Shown here one piece after another: positions 25,154 to 37,404 of a stretch of 64,000 nt of DNA. A program made the translations under genes and the position numbers. Positions within the stretch are counted from its first letter, which is position 1, and each line of letters begins with the position of its first letter. Source of the DNA: Chrysomallon squamiferum (lineage: Eukaryota > Animalia > Mollusca); assembly GCA_012295275.1 (NCBI GenBank), contig CM022670.1, positions 23,126,001 to 23,190,000 of the forward strand. The letters run 5' to 3'. Under the pieces are notes generated by a model, which saw only the letters and a list, made by a program, of their open reading frames with translations, was not told where the DNA came from and ran no database searches.

Positions 25154-27037
25154 TTTGTCTACAAATAGAGTGTTTTTACAAACAGGTAGGCTGATTTTGT
25201 TTCATTTCACTGACAGTTTGCTTTGCTAATTTGCTGTTATTTTTGGTGTTTTTAAATTTAAGAAACAATTTTAATAGTTTATTCATTCTGAATAGTTGTT
25301 GAGGTTGTTGGTTTTGTTTTGCTAATATCTTTGTTGATATCTTTGTTTATTTTTTTATATTATTATTTCAGTAAATTGTTTAATGTCTATGTTTAATATT
25401 TCAGTTTGATTCAGAACAAAAAAGAAAGTTGACAATGCTGTGGAAAATGTGAAACTGAAAACAAACCACAGTACAAATGTGATGTTACACTATGGTTTGC
25501 AGTAACCAATCATGTTGAGATTCATCCATTCTTCCAGCTTGTCTGATGTAATCTCATTCCTCATTGGATGGTGCTGACAATACTGAATACTGCTTTCTAG
25601 ACAACGGGTCTTTGGAGCTACTGGGAGGTCATTGCAGATGTGAAGCCATATTTATGCAATTATTATGATGTATAGCCAATGAATTTTCTACACTTGACTT
25701 TTTTCATCTGTTTACACAAGACTGTGATCTTTTCGCCATCTTTAATCCAGTTTTAGTACATTTTGTTTGAACTATTAGTCACTAACAATCAAAATATCCT
25801 GTAGTTAGCATTTAACTTTTTCAACTCTTGAACATATTTGTTATTCTTAAAAAAAAAAAAAAACTTTTAGATTTTTTTTTCATTTACATTTTTATTACTC
25901 GCTGTTTATAGCATTCATGACAGTTGGGAATAAGACAGAGGCTGTTTCACTGTTGATAAAACAGAGTGTGAAGGCAGGACCATCACAGGAGGCTCAACCA
26001 TGGACAGATTTTTTTTTTTTTTTTTTTTATCAAGTTTAAGAAAAATAACAATATTCAAATACTGACACTGCTCAATGGTGACGTTCCCTTAAGACAATTT
26101 CTGAAAGATAAAGGGGAATTGTGGCAGTGCCTGGGTGCTGGATTCAAGCTATAGCTTTGCCCTAATGTATCAAGGCTATCTTTACACAGAATAATTTTAT
26201 TACTGTTCTTATTCTTATTATTGTTATACAAATAGGTCTTGTAGACAGAAACAAGTAAAAAAGAAAGAAAAAGAAATAAACCGTAAATCTTATTTCATTA
26301 GCCTCAACTAAAAAGGTCAAATTTCTTTTAAAATTTAGACTTTTTTAATTTTTGTTTTTAAAAATCAGTGACCATTAGACTAACATGCATAACACAAAAA
26401 AACAAAAAACAATAAACAATACATACTATTAAAAAAATATATATTTAACTTTATTTTTTATTTTTTAAAGTCATTGTTAACGTTATAATTTTAATTAATT
26501 TACCTAATTGTTGCACAATATTTTTACAGATACTTTTTATGCCTATTGTTTTTCTGACAGTGGATTAGATTTTATTGTCTAATTGAATGCTTTATTGGTC
26601 TTCATATTTCATTGGTACTTAAGGTTACACAGTCATTATGTTAACATTACTTTCTCAGAATAACACGCTCTTTACACAGGTTTAATAATGTTGTTTTAAA
26701 ATGGAAAGAAAGTTTAGTATTTAAATCCTCAAGCAATTAATAGAATGAAAATAGCTGTTTGAACTGAATTTAGTTAGGACTAAAAAAAATTGTTTTTATT
26801 TATATAGATTGTTATTACTGACATTAACATAAATGTAACAAGAAAGTATGTTAACTGCTTTAATTTAAATCATGAATATTAAATATTACATAGATGTTAC
26901 CCTTTTCAAGACAACAAATGCAATATGTATAAATACCTAGCTGAATAACATCTTTACAAATTAAACCAAATTTGATTTAGTCAACTGCATTCAGAAGAGA
27001 TTAATGATAGCTGGATAATACTTTAATAATATTGAAA

Positions 27038-27566
27038 TAGTTTATTTAAAAATAAATTTTGCATTCTGTAGTAATATTAACAGTTTATTAAAAAATAAAT
27101 TTAACATACTACAGTGACAATTTATTAAAACAGATTTTGTATACTAAAGAAAAGTTTATAAAAAATAAATTTGACATACTAAAGAAAAGTTACTAAAAAT
27201 AAATTTTACATATTAAAAGAAAGTTTATTAAAAATAATTTTTACATACTAAAAGTAATTATTTATTAAAAATATAATTTACCTACTGAAGAAAACAACAG
27301 AATTTCGATGCTAAAGTATTAGTTTGTTAAAAACAGATTTTACAAACTAAAGTGATAGTTTATTTTCTAATTATTAGATTCAGTATTAATCAGTAGATTT
27401 GAGTTACTTGTCTAACAGAATGGAAAAAAAAACAACAACAGAATTTAGATGCTAAAGTATTAGTTTATTAAAAACAGATTTTACAAAGTAAAGTGATAGT
27501 TTATTTTCTAATTATTAGATTCAGTATTAATAACTAGATTTGAGTTACTTGTCAAGCAGAATGGAA
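27038..27566. repeat. About 30-bp minisatellite followed by an about 140-bp tandem duplication
   Basis: Repeated agtttattaaaaataaattttacatacta-like units; acagaattt..atgctaaagtattag...gaatggaaa occurs near 27296 and 27437. Confidence 0.75.
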
Positions 27567-29731
27567 AGAAGCATGAACGTGGATTGAAAATAAAAATGTG
27601 TTAAAACTGAGACTTTGTTACTTTAAATACCAGTGAACTGAATGGATCATATTACAGTTATTAATTCTTGAGAGTTAAATACACATTATATTACAATTAT
27701 ATACGTGTGCAGTGTATATTCCCATTAACTTTCAGATGTTTCATTAAAACAGAAGAAAACTAGTTACACATAGCTTTGTGCTGTTTGGAATGATTAATGT
27801 GTTTGGTTGTTGTTTCCAATATTGTTATTCTGATAAAGAAGAGAAAAAAAAAAATGATTTGAACTTTTGAAAGCATGTTTTTTTTTAACTCTTTGGGTGT
27901 GTGTTTTGTGTGAGTATGCACATATTTTGTATGTGTGCCTGTAGAGTCTGTGTAAATGTAGATTTGTGAGTGTATAAAAAAGAGAGAGTATTTGGAAAGA
28001 GTCTGGGTGTGGTATGCATCACTGTTTCAAAACATTAACAGCAGACTAAAAATATTAGTGCCAGTAAACATAGTTAGCAAAACTAGAAGTAAAAGAAAGG
28101 TTAAAAAATAGCATTTAGTACAGAAAAACAAGAAAACAAACATGTCAGCGAGTGAACACGTGTGAATTTCTGAACACAGATAAATGTGTTTCATTCGTTA
28201 ATCAAAAAACTTTTCTTCGTCTCATCACAATTAACAAACTTATTTTTTAAAATCCTTTTACATTTTCTTTTCTTCCCATTTTTAAATTAATTATATACTC
28301 GAGTCTTGCCTGACAGATTCTAACAGGTGAAAACAAACACATACCTGTTTTTTACTTGCAATGTTCCATTTGACTTTTTACAGTCCATATTCTCAAAAAA
28401 TATCATAATGTACTAATTTTTAGTTCTGTGTTTACAGCTGTTCTTTATTTTCAAAATTATATTTAGTTGTTCAGAACAAGATTTAGCTATAATTAACTTT
28501 TGTATTTAGTTTTTGTGCACTTTTTATTTATCTTATTAAAAATTAATTTTTAAAGAATACAAAAATGCTAATTATATAGTTTATTTTGATCTCTTTCCTT
28601 TTAGTCATTCCATTATTTTAATTTTATTTCTTTTCTGCTATTTTTATTCAATTTAACTGATTTTATTTACAAGGTCACATTTTACAGAATAATGAAAGGA
28701 TTAAAAAATTGCTAGTGTTTTTATCTTCATATCATCTTATTTTCTCTAAACTGTTGTTTTTGTCCTTCATATATTAACTTACTATTTACAAAAATACCAT
28801 TTTTATAGGAAAATGAAATGAGCTTATTAACTGGCTTTTATATTTACATCCTGTTGATAAATTAAAAAAAATAATTGAGGTCCCAAATAATAATAAAAAA
28901 ATTATAATAACAAAAACGAAATTTACAAGAAAAGAAAAACACAAAAAATAATAATTCCTTCAAATTCTGTCATTTGTTTCTTTACTCATTTTGTTTTATT
29001 TTTAGCTTAGAATTCAATAAACTGTGTTAGATACAAATGTTTTTCTGACAAAACAAAATAAAATATTACATATATTACACTGTTTATTTGAGGTTTACTA
29101 TGTATTTAATTTACACATCATGGTTTTTATTATTATTATTATTCAGAAAACAAAATGGCCATCAGTTGTTATATTTTTTTTTTTTTTTTTTTTTTTTTCT
29201 CTTAAGTTGCATATTTAAATTGTTTGAACTGTTTTCAGTTTCACATAAACAAAGACTCAGGTTAAGAAAATGTTATTAAAAGATAACACAAGATTTGTTT
29301 TGTATTTATCCTTTAGGTAGTAATTACTGCTGAGTGAATTTTGGTTTTTGTTATGAAAGAAAACACAGAGCACCTAAAACAAAAGATTTCGCTTAATTTT
29401 ACAGATGAGACTTGAACATGACATACACACACACACAAATAAGAATAAAATAATAAATAAATACAAAACAAAAATATTACTAATAAATAATAATAATGAA
29501 ATTAATGATAAATAATATATGTAGGTATGTATGTACATAAAATCTTTCTTGAAATGCAGATAGAAAAATATAATTTTTAAAGAAAAAATAACAACCATTA
29601 ACACATAAAAATAAATAAATAAATAAATAAATAATTGAAAAACCCCACAAAAAAAAATGTCATTTCCATTTATATTCAATAAAAACAGCCTATTAACTGT
29701 CTTGAACACAATACCAATAAACATATCACAA

Positions 29732-29805
<74 letters not shown>

Positions 29806-30623
29806 TAATAATAATAAAAATAATTTTAAACTAATGGAAAGCAGATAAAAATCCAGTATTACTTATATTTATAGGCAGTAAAAAAAATAAATGTACTGAA
29901 GATGACAGACATACATACATCACTGAAAAAATAAATAATAAAAATTAATAATTATAATTAAAAAATAAATAATAAAATAAATAAGTAAATATATAATATT
30001 AATAATATTGACAATGATGGTGATGATGTTGGAAAGAAGAATAAAGAAAGAAACAAACAAACAAATAAACTTAAACAAACAAACAAACATAAATAAATAC
30101 ATAAACACAAATAAACAAACAAACAACTGTGGAGTTTGTAATCTGGGTCTGAATCAACAGACATGATAAAGAAAAATGAATAATTGATTTTTAAAACAAG
30201 CAAAACACTCACACTGATGTTAAACAGGTTTGCTGATTTTTCATTAGTATTACTTTACAACATTGAAATTTAAAATGTACAAACACAGGAAATGAAAGCT
30301 ACAACATAAAAATATGCATACTGTGTAGAAAATGAAAGCAGTTATACACCAACCAATACACCTAGGCTTGTCTTATCTAATTAACATGTATCTTTTCATA
30401 TGAAAAATAATGAATAAAAAAAGAAACTGTGGTGTCTTCATGCCCTAACTTTGTCATCTTGAAATGTCATCAGAAGGGATGGTCTAAAACCTCCAGAGAG
30501 CCTGTGCCTTTAGATCCACATCTGAAGACTAAAGTTTTTATGTTAATTTTTATTTTTTTTTTTTTTTTTTATTATATATTTTTTGAATTTATTTATTTAT
30601 TAATTTATTTATTTATTGATTCA

Positions 30624-30655
<32 letters not shown>

Positions 30656-31188
30656 TATTTTATATAAATTTTTTAGTATTTGTTTTTCTTTGCAGGTCAA
30701 GTTTAAATCTATTAATATTTCAATTGCAAAAACATGTTTAAAAAAAAAAAAAATGTCATTATTAATTAGATAATATATCTTTTAAAATAACAAGATATGT
30801 AAACATTAATAACCATCAGTTCACATAACTGAACATGAACTGCTTTAGCTAAACTTTATACTCTAACAATGAAAGTTTTAGAAATAGAACACTGTTGATT
30901 AATGCATTGTCTAAAACACAAGGCACATTATTAATGAGTATCTGTTTAATGAAAACTCAGTTTTATTGTTAATGATTATTAATGTGCATGTCAAAACTCT
31001 TACTTTTTTTTTTTTTTTTTTTTTAATAACCATAGAACATGGAAATGATGATTTAAAATTTGCTAATATTATGAAAACGAGATTGAATTTTCCCGTAAAG
31101 AATAAATAAATAAAATAAAATAAAGTAAAATAATGTAATCAAAATAAAATAAAATAAATAAATAAAATTAAAACAAACAAAACAAACA

Positions 31189-31223
<35 letters not shown>

Positions 31224-32311
31224 AAGTAGTAAATAAATCAAACAAAATAGAAATAAATAAATTAAATAAAACAAAATAAAATAAATTTAACAAACACAAA
31301 CAAACGTAACAATGTAAATTAATGAATGAATAAATAAATAAATAAATAAATAAACAAATAATAAATGAAATAAATAAAATGAATGTCTTTGTTGGTAACT
31401 TTATCAGATCTCCATTAAATTTGATTTGTTGAACAGAAAATTTTAAATAATCACTTTCAGTAACTCTAATGTGCTTTGATAAATAATTTGTGGAAAGTAG
31501 CTATAATGTAAAATAACCCTGCAGGGATAAAGGAAGGAGTGAATCCACCTCTATGAGTCATGATAAAATTGTTAATTTTATGTTTTATTTGTACTCAGAT
31601 GCAGGTATGAGAACATTCATCTGCCAAACTTGGGTCCTGAGTTAATGCAGATTCCTCTGTTTTCTGGTTTTCTGGATCATGTAGTTAAAATTATAAAATA
31701 AACAATGAACAATAAAGGACAATACTGTATTTAACTAACATTTCTCAAATTTGTTTTCTGGTAATTCAGCTTGATAAATAGTCTGTTACACTTTGTGCTA
31801 TTAATGAAAACAAAGCCGGGATATGCAAAAAATAAAAAAATAAAACAAATCCAACCAAAAAAGATTGGTAGCATCTGTTTAACTTATTTAATAAATGTAT
31901 GACATACCTTTCTTTTTTTTTTTTTTTAAATACTCTGTAATTATATTCCCACAGATCAATAATTACATTAACTATTGATTAAATAATGACTTCAAGGAAA
32001 TGAAATAGGTAACTGTTGCATAGTTTTATAAATACACACCGAAATTTTGCAGTGTATGCATTTCAAATGATAGATGTAGTAATTGCAGACTGAAAATATA
32101 TATTTGATTTTATTTAAAATTTGTGTATAAGAAGGTATGAAAAATACATTTTAATGTTCTGGTGTTCTTATAAAACTAAATATTTATTTAAAAATCTGCT
32201 CAGTCAACAAAAAATCAAACCACTGGATTTAAAAACAGATAAACCAAATGCATTCATATTATTTATTTATTTATTTCTTTATTTATTCATTATATATTGT
32301 TATTTATATTA

Positions 32312-32346
<35 letters not shown>

Positions 32347-33289
32347 TTTTTTTTTTTTTAAATGCTGCTGTTGTTATTATTTACATTATACAGTGAATAA
32401 AATAACTAGATTTCCACAGTAATTTCCCCTTTCTCTTCTGATAATTTGTGTTTTCATGACCTTGACATATCTGACCTCAGCAAATGTCATCTTTATCTGG
32501 TTCACCAGCTTGTCTGTAAACAAATGCTTTCTCCAACTCTATCTTATTCTTCTTCTTCTTTTTTCTTCTTTTATTTTTTACTTAACTTTTGTAATGTGAA
32601 CTAAAGCGAAACTGCAGATAGCACTAAGGTATTTTGTGTAAAAACCATTTATCACATTTACTGTGCCAATGTCTTATATATTTCTGAGTATCGTTTACTT
32701 TTTTGCAGCTGGTAAATATTTTGTTTGGGTTTTCATACTGAAAATGAGAGGCATTTGGTGCAAAATGATTTTTTAATTTCAGTACCTGTATATATATATA
32801 TATGTACTTTTCTAATGTCATTTTTCATTTATGATATTAAAAATTAATAACTATTTATCATGATAATTCATTAGATAAGAGCCTAATATTTAATAATTGT
32901 AATGTAAACATTAAAGGATAAAAAGACATAGCATATTTTACACACTTCCAAATTATGTTTTGTTTTTACTGTCCAATTTTCTTTAATGACAAAAATTATA
33001 ACAACTAAATAGTATCTGGAGATTGGGTTTTTATTTTTTTTTTTTTCAGTTGTTTTTGTATTTTTGTATTTTATTTTATTATTTTTTTTTTTTGAATTTT
33101 GTAGTCATATCACTGTATATAAAACAAACCAGTTTATTCTAAAGTTTCTGAAAGTTTTGTTCAAAAGACCAAACACAAATACCAGTCCATCATACAGCTC
33201 ATGATGTCATGACTGAAGTTTTAAAGGATTAAAAAGGCAATATTATTTTAGATGAAATTTTTTTTTTTGAGCAATGGTAAGTTACTATA

Positions 33290-33650
33290 ACACTGATATC
33301 AGTAATCTGAAGAAGGCAAGAACTTACTGGACACACACTTGGTGTAAAATGCTTCAGTTAATGAGAACAGTCCTGTAGTCACAGAACACATTCAGAGTCC
33401 AGAAGATGATTATCTACATCACAAACTCATGTCTGATGAATACACGTTCACAGACATTTGTTTTATATGACAGAGAAAAAGAAGAAAGAAATGTTTTTGA
33501 AGATCACACTGGTTAATGGTGTTATACGTGAGAGTAGACAAGCACTTGCAGTTCACAAACTTGAAGTAAAATGTTGTGAACAGGTGTTTTCAGTTAATGA
33601 GAACTGTTCTTACATACAAGTACGGGTTAATCATGTTCAGTTGGTACCTA
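33290..33650. repeat. Decayed tandem repeat
   Basis: Recurring ttcagttaatgagaac, cacacttg/cacactgg and gttcaca motifs. Confidence 0.4.
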
Positions 33651-36600
33651 GTTATTTGTTTTATGTGTATGTCCTTCACAAAACACAAGCCACTGCTTTT
33701 TGATAAACCAAATATATTAGTAAATTACCCTGTCTGTAAATGATGAAGTGAAAGTTTAAATAAACTGAAAGAATATTTCTAAGAAAATGAGAAAAGTACT
33801 TACCAGATGGTGTATGTTTTTTCAAAAACACTCTTAAATTGTAGTAAATAGTCAGAAACATTAAAAGGATAAAATACAATGAAAATAATAATAATAGTAA
33901 TAATAATAATAATAAAAATAATAATAATAGTACAAAAGTAACAATAATAAAAAATAATAATAATAATACATGATTTAAAATAAGTTAAATTAAAATAAAC
34001 AGATTTGAAGAAGTATTGCAATATAGTGAAACTAAACATTAAAGCTAAAATACTACTTATGTTAATGTAGCCTTTCAATGCACTGAACCAAACAACTAGT
34101 TATATGAACTAATAAGAAGCTTAATTTAAATATTAGTGTTGACCTATTTACTCTTCAGTTATTTCTAATAAATAAAATAGATAAATAGACAGATAGACAG
34201 AATGATAAATGGTGAGATAAAGAAAAATTGTAAAATTAAAAAAAAAAAATCAAATATTAAAAAGTCAGTAATTATTGTTTCTATACTTTATTTTTTTTAA
34301 ATTGATTACCTGTTTTTTTCCACTTAGTAATGGAAGACTTAAAAAAAAAAAAGGTGAAACATCCGAACTTTTAATTTTTATTGTTATTATTTATACACTA
34401 ATTATGATGGTTCAACTAATTTGCATGAAATTACATTGTTAAAATTGCTTTAATGATACACTATCTTAGTCAATTTTCCATGTCATTTATGAATGCAAGA
34501 TAAAATTAATTTGATCTTTTATTAATAGTTTCATAATTTTTGAAGAAATGAAACATTTATTCATCCATCCTGAACTTTTTTTAAATACTGTCTGTCTACA
34601 TAAGAAAAAATGTTTTAATACTAATAAATAGAATTATAATTTTATTGTTAAGTAATAATTCTAAAAAGATTAGACATCAAAAAGAACAAAATTATATGTA
34701 TTCATCAATCATAACTTGCCAATAAACTAAAATATATATTTCAATATTAAATAATAGTTTAGATAAGAATAGGACTTTTAATAATAATATAATCTTTATG
34801 ACATTACAAGGTTACTCAAGATGACAAATCTCTTGCAATGGCTCGTATCAGTTCTATGAACCTTGTTCGACTTTTTAACTCTTTTGAGCACACAAAAATT
34901 ATATATTAACAGTTACCTGGAATAACATAAAAATATCATTTTTATTGTCATTTACTTAATAACAATTACGATGTAAATGATACTAACTGGAACAGAAAAT
35001 ATCAAACAAAAACACAAGTCAATCTAATTAGTTTTATTTTTATATATGTCACAAAAAATTCTTTAATATATATAATACATAACCATTTCACATATATACA
35101 ATACTGACAAAACTGTCAAGACAAAAAAAAAAAAAAAAAAAAAATGAATAATAAAAAAAGAGAATTATTTTCTACATTAATGACTTTCCTTTGGCCTTAT
35201 GTTTTAAAAATTAACTTTGAATGAAACAAATGCAACAAAATATTATTATTAAATACATTCAAATGAAAACATGTAACAGATAAATAAAATAAACACAATG
35301 CTACTGAACCTGAAATTGTAACAGTAGATGGTTTTGATTAAACATTTATACATCCCTTTCATACAACCTTAGTCTTACAATAAATTTATCTGTGTGATCA
35401 CGTACTGCGGAGACAGATTAAAACACCAGTATAATTGTTATAATTAAACAATTCTTGTAAGATTAAAAACACATAATAATAATAATAATAATAATATTAA
35501 TATTAATAATAATAAGACTAAGAAGAAGAAGAAGAAGAAAAAAAAGAAGAAGAAGTGGAAGAAAATTTTAAGAAATTTAAAGAAAATTTTATCAGATTTA
35601 TTTTAAGAATAATGAAAAAAAAAAAAAAAAAAAAGGAAGTTTAACCATAGAGTTCTCAAATTCAGTTATAATCTATAACATTTATGAGCAAAGATTAATA
35701 AACAGGAAATGTTTAGTATGTTTGTTATGTTTGTAAAGACTGAAGATACAGTGTATAGAGAAGTCAAATAGGTATATTTTTAATATAAATTGTATTCTTC
35801 ATTTTTATTTCTCATATAATTTTAAAGAACCAACGTGCTGTTAAGAGTATTAAATAGAGATAGTAAATGTAATGTTAATTTTCTCTGATCACAAATACTA
35901 TGATAATAATTTTCCCAGATTACAAATGTTACAGTTTGAAATAATGCTGTGAAAGTTGTGAGTAATGAGTTATTCTGACTAGCACAAACTCAAATTGCGG
36001 AAAACAGTGGCAAATCTATGTACAAATCTAAACACACAGCAATGCAAAATACAAATTTACAGCAATTTATCATCATCATCACCAGCAGCATTACTAATTT
36101 TAAACTTCATTAAATGTGTATTTATATATATATATATGTGTGTGTGTGTGTCTGTGTGCACAAAAAGTCAACAATTATTTATAATAAACAAGAGTTAAAA
36201 CATTTTAAATAATTTTTATATTACACAGTATATATAATTATTATTCATTACCATCTCACAGATATAAGCTATTTATTTTTCTTTAAATAAATCTCTTTTT
36301 AAAAAGATACATTAAAATGAAAAAAAAAAAAAAAAAAAAGAAAGAAAAAAATTATCAATGGATAATAAAATAATCATAACATTCATAAATTGTTGATAAT
36401 CATTTATAAACTTTATATTACCTATAAATTTCAAAAATTATTAGTCTAGTTTGATTTTATTAGTCCAATGTGTTTTATTAAAACCAAAAAATGTTTTTCT
36501 TTTAAGTTTTGATTTAATATTTTTTAAAAACAAATTTGTAAAATAATTTCTTTCTTCTAAATTATAAATATAAATATTTCTCAATACTGTGAAAAAAAAA

Positions 36601-37155
36601 AAATAATAATAATAATAATTTAAAAAATCGAAAGTTAAAGATGAATAAATAGGAAAGAAAAAAAAAAAGAAGTCAAAAAAATAAATAAATAGTAATACAA
36701 GGAAAACAAAAACTAAAACCAAACATTTTTATCCAGAAGATGTAATAAATAAAAAAACTTAATTAATTAATAAAAATACAAATAATCTTCATGAAATGTC
36801 CAATCTGTTAGATAACCACAGAACAATTTTGAATAAATCACTTTGTCTTCTTGTAAAATTGGTGCTATAAATAACATGAACAAGCTAACAAATGTTTTAA
36901 ATTTCACTTTCAAACTGAGGTAACCATCTACTGCTATGTACAATATAGAAGACATATTTGTTATACCTCCTTGCACTAGTGTCTGCACAAGAACAGGTTA
37001 AAGTCTGTGATTGCAAAATGTTCAGTAGCTGTAGCTCGAGTGACACTGACGGTGAAAAGCTTGTGTGCAGGATAAGTACAGGGCAAAGATTCCTCTGTTG
37101 ATGTATCTCTGTGTTGAATATACTTTAATACATTATCTACAGGCATTCTTTACTG

Positions 37156-37169
37156 TCATACTGTGTCAT
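37156..37169 (-). CDS. UBE2W: UBE2W terminal coding exon, distal copy (DDTV*)
   Basis: tttatttcag|AT GAC ACA GTA TGA completes the phase-1 codon; matches the UBE2W end WWYHDDxx; followed by complex UTR-like sequence. Confidence 0.65.
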
Positions 37170-37264
37170 CTGAAATAAATAAATAAATAAATAAAATATA
37201 ATAACTATAGTTTTAATACTGGTATTCTTTACTGCAATACAATATCATCTAAAATGTAATTTAA

Positions 37265-37339
<75 letters not shown>

Positions 37340-37390
37340 AAGAAGAAGAAGAAGAAGATGATGATTTCAATATTAAATTCTGTTGTATTG

Positions 37391-37404
37391 TCATACTGTG
37401 TCAT
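37391..37404 (-). CDS. UBE2W: UBE2W terminal coding exon, proximal copy (DDTV*)
   Basis: ctaac branch-like motif, then ttttacatttcag|AT GAC ACA GTA TGA. Confidence 0.6.
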
